In this document: in pieces, positions 34,542-47,600 of the stretch
How the letters are laid out: each line of letters starts with the position of its first letter
Numbering within the stretch: the first letter of the stretch is position 1
DNA from: Corallochytrium limacisporum Hawaii
Lineage: Eukaryota; Protista; Pluriformea
Direction: 5' to 3'
NCBI GenBank assembly: GCA_002811645.1
Contig: PDIP01000008.1
Coordinates: 190,608 to 254,607 of the forward strand
DNA length: 64,000 bases
Position numbers and translations under genes: made by a program
The notes under the pieces: generated by a model
What the model was told of the DNA's origin: nothing
Database searches by the model: none
What the model saw: only the letters and a program-made list of their open reading frames with translations

Positions 34542-35092
34542 AGCACGACGATGAATGTCAGAACAGGATGTGAGACTCTGAAAGGTGGCAATGCGAGTCA
34601 TTTTGATCAATTCCGCCGGTCGCAGCTGCTCTTGGGAACTTCACCAGTCTTTCTTTGCCACCAGCAATTTGTTTAAAAGTTTGTCACAATACAATATTGT
34701 CCTACCTCTTAATACCCTCAGATCCATCTTGTGTCACATCGCACAGCACACGACATATGAAACAGGAAACGGAACAAAACAGGCTGCGAAAGAATGGGTT
34801 ATAAGTGTTGCTTCTGAATGCCAATGGATAGTAAGATTTTATATGGAGTTTTGATCGGTTTTAGTGTGTCTGTAAGTACCTCTCAAACCACAATGGAAGA
34901 TTTTGTTGCTTTGATGACTTGTAAACTAGTAATGACACATAAAGGTGATTCATGTGAATTCAAAGAGCTCCTGTTCAATCATAATCATGCAGATACATGA
35001 TGAACGAGGGAACCCTTACAACTACGCTATGGACATGATGGAACGTTCAAGGATACATAATAAATAGGGAAAGGGATTAAAATGTTGATACT

Positions 35093-35740
35093 TTAGGCTT
35101 CCATCTTGCGGAACAGATCGTCAAGCTTTCCGTGGATAGGGAGAGTCTTGCAGTAGAAACCGTCGGGAATGATCTTACCCTCGGCACGCAGCTCCTGGTA
35201 GTCTTCGCGCAGGAAGTCAGTGAAGCCCCACTTCATGGAGACAGCAATGATCTGGCGACCCGGGAATTTCATCTTGGAACGGCGGAAAGCCTCAATGGCG
35301 TGACCGCGGTTACCGTCACGAGTGCGCATGGACATGAGAGGCTGGCCAATCTTAACGCGAGCAACCTTTCCGTTGGGCTTACCGAAAGCACCACGCATAC
35401 CCGTCTGCAGACGATCAGCACCGGCGCAACTCAACATCTTGTTGATGCGGACGACGTGGTAAGGGTGGACACGAATGCGCAAATGGAAAGCGTCCTTACC
35501 GCAGTACTTGACCATGTACTTGTTAGCGCAAATGCGGGCAGCCTCCAGAGCCTCGGAAGACAGCTGCTCAAGTTCGTTGGACAACATATGAACGCACAGA
35601 GGGAACTCGTCTACGGTTGCCTTCTTGCGGCCCATATCGTAAATGCGGATCTTGGCATCGGGCACACCACGGTTGAACCGAGACTTGGGGTAAGGCTTGT
35701 TCTTGCAGTAGCGGTAGCACCGCGCAGGACGACGACCCAT
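35093..35740 (-). CDS. RPL10: 60S ribosomal protein L10 (uL16)
   Basis: [22 protein letters not shown]; [24 protein letters not shown]. Confidence 0.99.
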   Translation of the reverse strand: MGRRPARCYRYCKNKPYPKSRFNRGVPDAKIRIYDMGRKKATVDEFPLCVHMLSNELEQLSSEALEAARICANKYMVKYCGKDAFHLRIRVHPYHVVRINKMLSCAGADRLQTGMRGAFGKPNGKVARVKIGQPLMSMRTRDGNRGHAIEAFRRSKMKFPGRQIIAVSMKWGFTDFLREDYQELRAEGKIIPDGFYCKTLPIHGKLDDLFRKMEA

Positions 35741-36737
35741 TTTGAATTTGAGAATAAATTAACCCGTTTGCTAATAAATCCCGTCTTGGATTCCAAGGAC
35801 TTTACAGTTATGATTATGAAGTAAGTCAGCTTAAATAGGACACATGATGTATTTATGACAACCTATTCAATGCAATAGCATGGCAGTCTTCAAAACCGCT
35901 CTATTCCATAATTTGGTATAGTAGAGTGCTCGAAAGGCAGCCCTGCAGGAATTGAACGCTTGGCACTCCGGCATAGCGAAGGTGCCATTGCAACCAAAAA
36001 GTGCCGCACTCCTCAAAGCAGCCCCTTTCAGCGTTGTTGAGCTCCGGTACTGAACTCATACACTCCGTGCAACTGAGTACTTGCATCACTCTCAACGTGA
36101 ACAGCCAAAGTCAGACCCAATGTTGCTGCGGTCTAAGGAATCATTCAGGAACATATTGCTAAACTCAGCACAGAAGCGTCTGTTCGGTGCAATATATTTA
36201 GTATACGCAGACCACCCTCCCACGGGTCAGATCAGGCCATTCAACCACTCTCGTTCACAAATTCTACGTCGGCAAAGCAATAGGTTAGGATGGGCCCATC
36301 GCGTTCAAGGGATAAATATGTATTCTATTGTATATCAAATATACTGCCTCCAAATACATCCCACCTATCCATCCCAGTGTATTTGGGAGTTTCTGTACTT
36401 GAGAAGAAGTCCATATATTTAGTATGGGAATTATTACAGAAAGGGTTTTCTATATTGAAAATACTGAAGACACCAGAGCAGGCAAGGAACTGTAAATTGA
36501 GGAAATCTTTTTCGTATGCACTCGTTGTACTCTTACTACCGAAAATTGCCTGCGTCAGAAGGAGGCCGGTCGCTCGCCGTACAAAATCAGATACATTTAT
36601 ATTGTTTTGCTAATATACAGTTTTACGTCGCGAAAAGTTTTGTGTGGTTTTGAAAATGTGTGTTTCTTGGCCGCTGGAGGACAGCGGAGGGGGGGGGGGT
36701 TGGTTTGGGGGCCGGGATGGAGTGCCAGAGGAGCCCT

Positions 36738-37796
36738 TCACGACGACACGGAGGTGGCCATTTGCTGGAAACGGGTGATGTCCTCTGTGCCCACGACACT
36801 GCCACCACACACAATGAACACAATGGGCCGTCCATTGGCCCCTTGTGGGTCCAGCAACACGTTCTGAAGTTGCGGGGCTACAGCCAGGGCAGCGCCACAA
36901 GCCAATTCAACTAGGATGCGATGGTTCTCAAGTAGATCTAGGCAGGCCTTCGCAGCCTCCGCGTCAGTACAACGGCAACAGGCTGTTGGGTAGTACTCTG
37001 ATGAAGCTGGATTCGCAAAGGCAAAGGTCTGGTCGCTTGGGGTGGCCGCTCCCAGAGATTTGGCGCTGGAAACGATGTCCGTGAGGACGACCTTCTGGCC
37101 CTTCTCGACCGACAACTTGAGACAGTCAGCACCCACCGTCTCTGCCGCGATGACCTGCGGGCAGAACTCAGTTCCACCATTGTTCTTTACACCTGTGATC
37201 ACTCCATTGTAGAGACCGCCTCCCCCAACGCTACATACTATCGCTTGAGGACATTGCTTTGCTGTGTTATCCGGGTAAATCTCTCGCAACTGTTGCTTAA
37301 TTTCATCAATCATCTTGGAATGACCTGTCCAGATGCTGGGATCGTCGTAAGGATGTATATACCCAATCGATGGATCGTCTGCACAGACTTTCCGAGCCTT
37401 CTTGTCTGCCTCGGACCACATGTGCCCGTGAACCTGCACATCCGCGCCCATGTTGCGCAGTTTAACCCGTGTATGCTCAGGAGTGGTCTCAGGTAGAAAG
37501 ACTGTAATGGGCACGCCTAACTGTTTGGCCGCATAGGCAGCAGCTAGTCCAGCGTTACCTCCTGAACTGCTAACCAAGCGGGTAGCACCTTGATCCACCT
37601 TGCTCACCGCCATGTGGCCGACACCGCGACATTTGAATGATCCTGCTGGTTGCGAATTTTCCAGCTTTAGGAAGCATTCTGGGGCCCTCTCAGCACCATG
37701 CTTCCAATACTTCTCGCGTACGAGTTCAGTAAGGTAGGCAGACGGTACCAAGGGTGTTTCGCTGCAGTGCAAATAGTATTGCTTAATGCTAGCCAT
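36738..37796 (-). CDS. SDS: L-serine/threonine dehydratase (PLP-dependent, SDS/CHA1-like)
   Basis: ETPL, LKLENSQPAGSFKCRG, SSGGNAG, HPYDDPSIWTGH, SVGGGGL, VELACGA, IVCGG; start chosen at MASIK although the ORF is open further upstream. Confidence 0.9.
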   Translation of the reverse strand: MASIKQYYLHCSETPLVPSAYLTELVREKYWKHGAERAPECFLKLENSQPAGSFKCRGVGHMAVSKVDQGATRLVSSSGGNAGLAAAYAAKQLGVPITVFLPETTPEHTRVKLRNMGADVQVHGHMWSEADKKARKVCADDPSIGYIHPYDDPSIWTGHSKMIDEIKQQLREIYPDNTAKQCPQAIVCSVGGGGLYNGVITGVKNNGGTEFCPQVIAAETVGADCLKLSVEKGQKVVLTDIVSSAKSLGAATPSDQTFAFANPASSEYYPTACCRCTDAEAAKACLDLLENHRILVELACGAALAVAPQLQNVLLDPQGANGRPIVFIVCGGSVVGTEDITRFQQMATSVSS

Positions 37797-39023
37797 GATT
37801 GTGAGCTTCCGCGGTGGCCTACCATTTTGGCCACCATTGACCGAGTACATGCGTATCCATTGATACCTTTCCTCACATTCTTGAGTCATATCCAAGGCCA
37901 CTCCAGAAACAGAGACACACAGTCACATTGTCTGTGCAGATTCTCTGCCGCTTCATCTAGTGACCCAACATGTTGACACAATCTCTCCCTACGCACTCAT
38001 CTCCGGCAGGTCGACAAATATGTCCCTGGCGGCTGAAATATTCTCAGGGCACGTATTCGAATCTATTGACTACTTAGATTAGTCTTAAGTACTGTTGATT
38101 AAAAGTCTTGGGGTTGTGGGCCAGAAGAGGCTGCTGATTGGCCCATGAGCACCAGTGGTGTGCACGTCGGTACTGAATGTACTGAGGTCGAAATTTTCCT
38201 TCCAAAAACGGGAAGATGCCTGGGGAAGGGAGAAGTAACGACCCCCGCCGGGTCCGGGATCCCTAGGGCGGGGAGGGGAATTATGGATATATCGGTACTT
38301 TTACTATGAACACTTTGCCCCAATTGCGTCCCAGGTTGGCGGCCACGGGGACCCAAATACCCCCCACAGGGATCTTCCGTGGGTGTCCGCGGGACCACTG
38401 GAGAGACACACAAGAGGTCCCGGGAGACCAGGCGTTGGTGCGTTGGCGGTCAGCACCGCCGAGGTACTCGAGTACACTGCTTCCTGGGCCTGGAGCCCTC
38501 GCGGGTGTGGGGATATTCTCAGAGGGAAGGGGAGGGGAAGAGGGGTTTGTGTTGGTGCTACTTTCTTTGTGCCGAATATCCAGCGGTCAACCCGCGACAC
38601 ACACGCACACGGGAGAAAACTACGTCAGAAAAAGAGCTGTGTGTTTTGTATGGATCACAGTTCTGAAGTTGAGTGTAGGGAAGGCGTGTGGGGCCTCGAT
38701 TCCCGCGTGCCAGCTAGCAGGTGCAGTGACAGTTTTAAGGGAAAGGGGGATCAAGAACGGGAAATGAGCGCCTAAATCTTATGTACCATTGCTAGCTCAC
38801 TTCGGTCCACTCTCTGCGTGAGTCTGTTCTGGTCTCGACATCCGTATCCCAAACATCTTTTTCAATGTTGTTGAGGGGCATTTGCTTAGTCATGAGGAGA
38901 AATGCTGAGATGCTATCCAATGAACAGTGACGCATCAACTGCTTCATGTACTTCAGGGATGTCGTGGGATCTAGTTCAGAGTGCTAACCCTTCAAGGCAG
39001 GGCACACAGTAGAGTTGCTTTCA

Positions 39024-39950
39024 ATGACCATGGATACTGCAATCCATTTGTCAGCGGGTACGGTTGGTGGGATATCCGGTGTGCTGATCTCACACCCTTT
39101 CGACACCCTAAAAGTCCGGCTTCAGGTAAATCAGCACATCACGTTAGGAAAAGCCATTAGAGATGCTTTTAGGTCCTCATCAGGGTTACGGTCATTGTAC
39201 TATGGAATTACATCACCAATCATGGGCACGGCCTGGATCAAGGCCACTGCATTCACCGGAAATAACGTTGGCAGGGATGCGGTCCGCAGCATAGCTGGTA
39301 AGCCGAGGGATGCACCCCTCACGCTCACACAGAAATCCCTGGCGAGTGCTTTTGCAGGGGCAATCACTACCGTGGTGGTCACACCAGTCGAAAGGGTTAA
39401 AATTGCTATGCAGACTGCCATCATCGGTACAGGAAGGGAACCAGCAAGCGCAATTGGCACTGTCACACAACTTTTCCGTCAAGACGGCATTAGATACGGT
39501 CTTTATCGTGGATTTTTGGCGACGTTGGCTCGGGACATGCCCTCGTATGCTGTGTATTTTGTAGCCTATGATCAGTGCCGTCAGCGCCTGGCACAATTTT
39601 GGGGCACTGATCCGCAGAAGTTAAGCAAGGTACAGGTCGCGACCGCTGGGGCCATGGCCGGTATGCTTAGTTGGTTACCCATTCTGCCTCTGGATTTGAT
39701 AAAATCGCACCTGCAGTCTAGCACCTCCAACGGAGATGGTCTCCGATTCCGCGACGGAGTCATGCATGCGTACCAACTCTCTCAGCGCCATGGTATCTCT
39801 GTTCTCTGGCGTGGACTTAATGCTGCGATGCTGCGCGCAGTACCCTGCCACGCTGCTGTCTTTGTCGGCTATGAGACAAGTAAGAGGTGGCTCGAGCAGC
39901 AACGGGATATCTTGCATGCCACAAAGGCACGAGCAACTGTGACACTTTGA
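39024..39950 (+). CDS. Mitochondrial carrier (SLC25; carnitine/basic amino acid carrier-like)
   Basis: Three PX[D/E]XX[K/R] motifs: PFDTLKVRLQ, PVERVKIAMQ, PLDLIKSHLQ; RDMPSY, RAVP. Confidence 0.92.
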   Translation: MTMDTAIHLSAGTVGGISGVLISHPFDTLKVRLQVNQHITLGKAIRDAFRSSSGLRSLYYGITSPIMGTAWIKATAFTGNNVGRDAVRSIAGKPRDAPLTLTQKSLASAFAGAITTVVVTPVERVKIAMQTAIIGTGREPASAIGTVTQLFRQDGIRYGLYRGFLATLARDMPSYAVYFVAYDQCRQRLAQFWGTDPQKLSKVQVATAGAMAGMLSWLPILPLDLIKSHLQSSTSNGDGLRFRDGVMHAYQLSQRHGISVLWRGLNAAMLRAVPCHAAVFVGYETSKRWLEQQRDILHATKARATVTL

Positions 39951-40054
39951 CAGGCAAGAATCAAATAAAGAAATATGTATGTACACTTGTATGCGAGATG
40001 TGTTGCAAGCAAATGACACACACTGTATGGCGACTGTATCGTGATAATTGGAAA

Positions 40055-40495
40055 TCAGGAGAATGCCAATGCTCTACTTGTGATCTCCCTTGCTATCCAT
40101 TCCGTGGCCATACCACTCTGGGGGTCAGCGTCAGGGAGAGCCACGTACTCACCATCTTCTTCGTATCCGCCTTTAGCGTGTACAAACTTCCCGGTTCCCA
40201 GGGGCTGGTTGTTTAGCCACTGACCCTCAAACACATAGCGCTCCGTATAGCGGGTACCCAGACCTTCACGCCGTCCCTCCTTCCAGGTGCTGACGTACTT
40301 GGCGCTGGTTGACTTATGTGAATAGGTGCCCTTGCCATAGCGCTTGCCGTTCACGTAGTTGCCCTCATAGACGTCACTGCCACCGGGTAGGACCGCCTTG
40401 CCGAAACCGTGGCGCTCGTATTCCTCGTTCCGCTCCCCCTCTTAAGTCCCAAAGGGAGATTCCTCCTCTCCATTCTCACTGTCGTAGTGAGACAC
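40055..40495 (-). pseudogene. RSPH1: RSPH1-like (radial spoke head 1, MORN-repeat) disrupted gene
   Basis: One frame: [57 protein letters not shown]...KYVSTWKEGRREG...FEGQWLNNQPLGTGKF...EEDGEY; TAA at 40442-40444, GTG at 40493-40495. Confidence 0.75.
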
Positions 40496-43097
40496 GTTGA
40501 GTTCCTGTGCAGATCTACAAAGTACGAACGAGTTCAGATAGATAGCCTTCGCGGACTCATCACCGGTTCGTGATCCCGAATAGCCGTCGGCACCACATCT
40601 TCCGATTACCCGCCTTACCGCCCCTCGTCTCCCCTGGCACCCCAGCCGAAGTACGGGTCCCTGTGAGCAGGCGCAGCGTAACCCACCCACCCCGGGAAGA
40701 GTATTTCTGTCTGATTGCCTTGATTGTGTACCTCCTCCACCAAAAAGCCATATACTTTCCACCGAGTGCGATTGGAATCCGTATATTAAACACGTACGGC
40801 GTCTGAGCCACCTAAGCACGGCAGGTTGGTACACTCACCACTGCGCAGGCGGCTACACACTCGCGCACTGGTGCTTTTGCTGCTCTACGAAGAAAGGAAA
40901 AGCGTAAACAAGAGAGAGACGAAACGGTTTTTAATTTGGGGGTTGGGGGGGGGGGAGAGGAGGAAGCGCGACGTAACGGTGACACCAAGCGTTCTAAGTA
41001 CTAAATGCCAAAAGAGCCCAAAGGAAAGGAGTGTCGACAAGATATTTAATAATACGCGATTGGGTGGTGGGTCCGCCAGGGTAGGCCCCCCCCCGGGGGG
41101 GGGNNNNNNNNNNNNNNNNNNNNNNNNNNNNNNNNNNNNNNNNNNNNNNNNNNNNNNNNNNNNNNNNNNNNNNNNNNNNNNNNNNGGGAGGGGAGATGAG
41201 CAAGAAGAAGGAAATGGAAAGAAAAATATTAAAGAGGGAAGGGGGGGGGGAGCCAAAAACACGGCCCAAACCCTGAGGCAGTGTCTACGTGTGCTCGTTG
41301 CTTGTGGGTGTGTACTGTCTGTTGCGTAACCGTAACCCCCGCCGCGGCCGTCTGCCATCCAACATTGTACCCTGTTGGAGATTGGGTGGTGGCATCAAAC
41401 TGAGTTTGCGTACGCATGCCCCGTTGTTAAAGGATCTCGGGGCTGTGTGCCTGAAGTGTGTGAAGCAGGCGTGACCGTAGCACCATGTTACAGTCAGCAA
41501 AGATGCCCTGAGGAAGCAACGGATTTGCCAGTGTCCTCGTGAAGGAAGCGCGTACTCATACAAAAACTATGTGAACATCAAAGCGCCGTGGGAACTGGGT
41601 GGGCACCTGTAGGCCAGGCCGCGAGGGGGGGGGTTGGTTGTCCACTTTCATCACCCTTCGTCGGATTTCCAAAGGGTGAGAATTGCGGGGGAATGCCGGG
41701 ACTGCTATTTGCGGGCGCATGGAATCACGTAGACAAGGGAAGATCGAGAGAACCGCCGTGACAGCGAGCACAAGCGCATAACAAAGCGGGTAAACCGGTC
41801 TTGGGGACCAGAAAGCCACTTTCCTTTGCAACTTTTGGTCAGGGTTTCGCGAAATATTTATACATTTTTTGTTTAATTTTCTATTATTCCTGCGACCGGA
41901 CCCGTTTTCTCGACCAAACGGAGAGAGAGGCCAGGTGGGAGGGAGGGGTTCACGGGCAAGAGGAGCTGTGTATAGAAAGAGTACGGAATCGGGCGGCGAT
42001 ATCTGAACTCGGAGGACACATTCTTGTGAAAGCGCCAGCTGAGTGCCTGCGTGTCCGTGGGTGTTGAAATATCTAGGAAATTTGAGTAGTGATTTAAGGA
42101 CGTCTCGGTTGGGAAACATTAAAAGAAAAAAAGGAGAATCAGGTCCGAGTGTTTGCCTATGTGGAATCTCGCTCTGTGTGCCTGTACGGTCGTGCTCTTG
42201 TACCGTACCGCGATCTCCCCATTGTTGCGCGTGTGTGTGTGTGTGTACCCGATCTGTTCTCGTCCTCGCTCCTCCTCAACCCTCCTCCCATCTGTCTGCC
42301 CGTTCTGCAGGCAAACGAACTGCCCCTATCGGCTCCTCTCGCTGCCCAATACGCAATATGCACCTGCGTGCTTGGTCGACCGCTCGGATGGTGGACTATA
42401 TAGATCCCGTTGTGTTCCCTGGGCCCGCCCTTCCAAGTTCCTGACACCCCCCTCCCCTCCTCCCCGGGGTGGGGGGGGGCCTGTGCGGTAGTGCCACAAT
42501 CGATCCAGTCCGCCCGTGAGTACTTTGGGAGGAGGATTTTTTCTTTTTCGGAAAAATTTGCCAGGTCATATACCTTTCGGGCTCGCAATATTTCTGCTTG
42601 CCACACAGGACCGTCACCGCCCCCAGGACACACCCCTCCCTATACACACAGCCCTCACGGGAGCGATCACACAGGCAGATAAAACTACTCACTGGGGACG
42701 GGCGGTCTCACACACTTACACACACACCCGCGCAGAGGACGGGGGACCGACCCAGAGGTCAACAAAAAGTAGTGGAAAATTAGAAGGGGGAGGAGACGTG
42801 AGTGTGAGTTGCTCGGGGTCCGTTTCACATGAATTCAAGACTGTTTCGTGCCCGTCTGGCACGCTTGGTTCTCAGAGATGGTGTGTATCTTCGGTTTCGG
42901 CTGCAAGCGTTGGTGCTGGTGGTACGTTCCGGTTAGATGGAATGGTGCGATGGCTTGCGGAGCGATGGAACATGTCGCCAGACCGGTGTCATCAACCTTC
43001 AGAGTGTGGGTACTTGATGAACCACGGTTGAATATCATAATGGTCCGTACAGATCTTTCACTGGTTTTAATTCGGGTAATATTTTCAAAGACAAAGG

Positions 43098-44666
43098 ATG
43101 CTGTTCGTGAAATCCGCCCATACCGTGGCGAAGAGCACGCCAACTCGGGTCACAGCTCTGAACACCGCTGCCAAGGCTTTCTACAGTGTTCAAGCCAAAG
43201 GCTCAGTACAGATCTTCGATGACGCCACCAAGGCTGTGGCTGATGTCAAAGACGGATCCAAACTGCTGGTTGGTGGTTTTGGTCTGTGTGGCATCCCTGA
43301 GGGCCTGATTAATGGTCTGCTAAAGACTGGAGCCAAAAATCTGACTGCTGTAAGCAACAATGCAGGTGTTGACGATTTCGGTCTCGGTCTTCTGTTGCGT
43401 AGCCGTCAGATCAAGCGCATGATTTCTTCCTACGTAGGTGAAAACAAGGAATTCGAGCGCCAGTATCTGTCCGGTGAGCTTGAAGTCGAGCTGACGCCCC
43501 AGGGTACTCTCGCTGAGCGCATTCGTGCCGGTGCCGCGGGTATCCCAGCCTTCTTCACTGCGACCGGCTATGGTACCCTCATTCATGAGGGTGGCTCCCC
43601 GATCAAGTACAATACTGATAAGAGCATCCAGATTGCCAGCACGCCTCGCGAGTCTCGCGAGTTCAACGGTCACAATTATATCATGGAGGAAGCCATTACA
43701 GGCGACTACGGCCTGATCCGCGCGTGGAAGGCTGATGAAGTGGGAAACCTTGTCTTCCGCAAGACGACCGCAAATTTCAACTTGCCGATGGCCAAAGCAG
43801 CAAAAACCACTATCGTCGAGGTTGAGGAAATCGTGCCCCTTGGAGAGATTGACCCGCACCACGTTCACGTCTCTGCGGCCTATGTGGATCGCCTGGTGGT
43901 GAATAAGAACTTGGAGAAGCGCATCGAGAAACGTACCACACGCAAGGAGGACACAGGCGACCACTCCGTCACTGGTGACAGCCCGCAGGCCCGCCGCGAG
44001 CGCATCGTCCGTCGTGCCGCCCTGGAATTCAAGGACGGTATGTTTGTGAACCTAGGTATCGGTATGCCCATGCTGGCCTCGAACTACGTAAAGGACGATA
44101 TGACCATCTATCTGATGAGCGAGAACGGTGTGCTGGGTCTTGGACCGTACCCCACTGAAGCAGAGGTTGACCCAGATCTCATCAATGCTGGCAAAGAAAC
44201 CGTGACAGTGGTCCCTGGTTCCTCATTCTTCGGCTCTGAGGAGTCCTTTGGAATGATTCGTGGTGGACACATCGATCTGACCATCTTGGGAGGCATGGAG
44301 GTGGCCGCGAACGGTGACATTGCCAACTGGATGATCCCCGGCAAGATGGTCAAGGGCATGGGTGGCGCCATGGATCTGGTCGCCAGTGTGGGAACCAAGG
44401 TCGTAGTGACCATGGAGCACAATGCCAAGGATGGGAGCAGCAAGATCCTGGAGCGCTGCACTTTGCCCCTGACTGGTCTCAACTGCGTCGACGCCATCAT
44501 CACCGACAAAGCGGTATTCTCCATTGACCATGCCAAGGCTGCCCAGACTGGCAACGGTCTGGTCTTGCTCGAGTACGCCGAGGGCATGGATATTGAGAGT
44601 GTCAAGGCTGCCACCAAGGCTTCCTTCACAGTTGCAGATGACGTCAAGGTCATCCAGTATGCCTAG
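43098..44666 (+). CDS. OXCT1: Succinyl-CoA:3-ketoacid CoA transferase, mitochondrial
   Basis: [56 protein letters not shown]; basic presequence. Confidence 0.97.
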   Translation: MLFVKSAHTVAKSTPTRVTALNTAAKAFYSVQAKGSVQIFDDATKAVADVKDGSKLLVGGFGLCGIPEGLINGLLKTGAKNLTAVSNNAGVDDFGLGLLLRSRQIKRMISSYVGENKEFERQYLSGELEVELTPQGTLAERIRAGAAGIPAFFTATGYGTLIHEGGSPIKYNTDKSIQIASTPRESREFNGHNYIMEEAITGDYGLIRAWKADEVGNLVFRKTTANFNLPMAKAAKTTIVEVEEIVPLGEIDPHHVHVSAAYVDRLVVNKNLEKRIEKRTTRKEDTGDHSVTGDSPQARRERIVRRAALEFKDGMFVNLGIGMPMLASNYVKDDMTIYLMSENGVLGLGPYPTEAEVDPDLINAGKETVTVVPGSSFFGSEESFGMIRGGHIDLTILGGMEVAANGDIANWMIPGKMVKGMGGAMDLVASVGTKVVVTMEHNAKDGSSKILERCTLPLTGLNCVDAIITDKAVFSIDHAKAAQTGNGLVLLEYAEGMDIESVKAATKASFTVADDVKVIQYA

Positions 44667-47600
44667 AGTGTTACGTCCCACCTGGCACCAGACGGCCAGC
44701 TCCGGGCCCACAAGGATGGGACCAATTCTACTGTTCTTTGACAGTCTCATCTTCTTTCGGTCCTTGAAACATAGCATATAACACACAGGAACAAAAGAAT
44801 CATCACAATACATTCATCAATGTCGTAGTAACAAACCCTCCAAAGCAGGGCGGTAATGAACCGGCACCGACCCCTCCTTGGGAAGCACACCACCAGAATC
44901 TCTGCACCCCCACACTCTGCCTTGGCCGTTCAACCTCGTGAGGATGTATTGGGGAGGTGTTCAGTTCTGACCATCACCACTGCGAAACCAAGGTCGGTCG
45001 TCTCTTCTGACTATGGTACATCTTGCTAGAGTGCGGTCGGGTGATCTCATGTATGTGGTGTTGGTTGGATCTTGACCATAGTGTACAAAGAGTACCGTGC
45101 TACGGTATCATAAGAGGAAGTCACCATCGCCGAGGATGCCCTCCGTAGCCACTGGTTTAAAGGAATGTAAGCGGTCTTGACACGACGCAAACAGCAAGAG
45201 ATGGAATGAGGTGAGATGAATTTTGAGAGAGCACAGGGACAGTCCATTCCCTGGGCCATCCATACATACCCAAGGGGGGAGACATGAAGTGCTTGGAGCA
45301 ATACGAGGGAGAGAGCGGTCAAGAAGCTGTTCATGTCAGCGACCGGGCTATTCCTCCGCCATTCATCACCAAGACAAATACGCAGTGTCAATCCAAACAA
45401 GGTCCAGCATGATCATTTGCTGGCTATTTTGCCCTCCATTCACTGCCTTGGTTCTACGTGGTATATCATTTATGTCCATCCAGGTTCCGTTCATCGTTCC
45501 GTTCCCTGTGCCCAGCGGCGCGCTTGGAAGCCATCACACGTCTGGGCTCAGGAACTCCCCCGGTCTCACCCCGCATTCTGGGACGCTCACCTCCGTAACA
45601 ACCCCGCCGCGGCCCGCAGCAACCGAAGACGAAAAAGGTTGTGAGGGTCTCCAAAAGAATGACCCACCTCTCGACCCGGTGAATTCCTTTCTTTTTTTTT
45701 TATCTTTCCTAATTTTTGGAGGGGAAAATAGACTCCCGTAATATATAGGAAATGTACTGAAGAAATTCCAAGTTTTGACTGTTCCCTTCGTGGCTCTGAC
45801 GTGCCCGCCCTTCCGGCCGTGGCTGACAACCGATCGTCCCCGCCGTGCCTTTTAGTCGGGTCCTCCCGACCCCGACCGTTGGAGGCCTCTTATTTTTCCT
45901 CGGTCTCTCCCCCCCCCCTCCTTTTGTTTTGGTTTCTTTGCTATGGAGAGCGGGTGAAGAGAGCGCCACAGAAAGGGGAGCAGCGGGCCAGGTGGAGAGA
46001 GAGATGGAGGGAGAGAGAGAGAGTGGGAAGAGCGATCGAGCGAGTAACACTTCCCCCCTTCCCAACTCCCCTTCCCAACTCCCGTCTTCCCGGAACCCCC
46101 ACCTCTCCCGAAAGCGGTCAGAAATGCACCGAAAATGGGAGTAAATCCAGGGCGGGTCCTGGGCAACACAACAACCGCCCTCCCCGGGCCACACACCAAA
46201 GTGCGATATATCTCTATCTCTCTCTGTGGGCACCAAGGGACTTTGTGAGGTGAAAGCGTAGAAAAGAAAGGAAAGAAAAAAAAAGAACGGTGGTAACTCT
46301 GAGTAAACGGAGGAGGGGATAAAGAGAGGTATCATCGTTGGCGGTGGGGGAGAGATCGAGCCACAGGCACGAGAACCTCCCGACGGCAGTGAGGAAAGTT
46401 TTTTCTTCTTCTTTCTCCTTCGTCTTTATTTTCCCTTTCCCTATGTTCCGCTTTTTCTTTGGGGGNNNNNNNNNNNNNNNNNNNNNNNNNNNNNNNNNNN
46501 NNNNNNNNNNNNNNNNNNNNNNNNNNNNNNNNNNNNNNNNNNNNNNNNNNNNNNNNNNNNNNNNNNNNNNNNNNNNNNNNNNNNNNNNNNNNNNNNNNNN
46601 NNNNNNNNNNNNNNNNNNNNNNNNNNNNNNNNNNNNNNNNNNNNNNNNNNNNNNNNNNNNNNNNNNNNNNNNNNNNGAGGGGGAGGAGGAGGGAGGGAAA
46701 ATGTTTCCATATGCGCAGTTCTGGAAAATATCCTCAGTAGTTTTCTAGTATTCAATCGATAAGACGTTGGGCAACTCGGGTGTGCCTTCACCGCCCGCGG
46801 GTTGATTGTGTGTGGTACCAGAGACAGATTTGCCTGCCAACACTTCCCGGTGCCCCAGCAAGGCAAGCTAAACGGCAAGGGACGATTTGAGTGAGTGTGT
46901 GCGAGAGAGAGAGAGAGTGTGTGTGTGTGTGGTGGGAGAGGGGTTGGTTGTGTTAGACTTGAGACAGAGGGTGCTATTGAAAGACCAGAATGGAGCAGCA
47001 GCGGGGCAAAAAACTCTGAGAAGGATATTAAAAAAAAATGAAAATAGCGAGGCAAAAAAAATTTTGTGATCGAGGCTGCCGGGTTGGCTTTTTCAGGTAC
47101 ATTGATCACTTGAGCCACGAGTTCCGGGGAAATGTGGCGGTAGATAGCGAAGTTTTAGGCCCCCGCTTGCCCGAGGCCCGTGGTGGGTGAGGACGGTGGT
47201 AGGGAAAGTCAAGACGGGAGGTTTTTTTTTCTTTTGGATCTTTAACTGCCCGCAACCGACCCTAGACCCACTACCCGCGAGGGGGGGGGGAGGGGAGAGG
47301 GAGCTTGGAACCAAGAGAAAAGGCTACCGCACTTGGGAGTGGGAGCATTGGCGGGGGCTGCTTGGCTGTAGCCATACTGAAATAGCTCACTTGGCCCATG
47401 TTTTAAGAAATTAGGAGGATTGGATGAGGGGGGCAAGACCTCTGGGGTTTGGCTGGAGACCGATCTACAATTTTTTTTTGATTCATTCTCTCCTATTGGA
47501 ACCCACTTGGAGTAGACGTGTGGCTTAAAGGAGGCGTGTGGGGGATGTGTCCTCCTCCCCCGCTCTCTGTCGCCCTCTCTCTCCCTGCTGAGGTAAGGGG

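Noticed and set aside
36300-36640. AT-rich block with a short CCAAATACA/TGTATTTGG hairpin
   Set aside because: No terminal repeats or target duplication found; plausibly ordinary intergenic DNA
40442-40444. TAA reassigned to Tyr (alternative genetic code)
   Set aside because: TAA is the normal terminator of ACAD, ATP synthase f, ABCF, RPL10 and TRAPPC13
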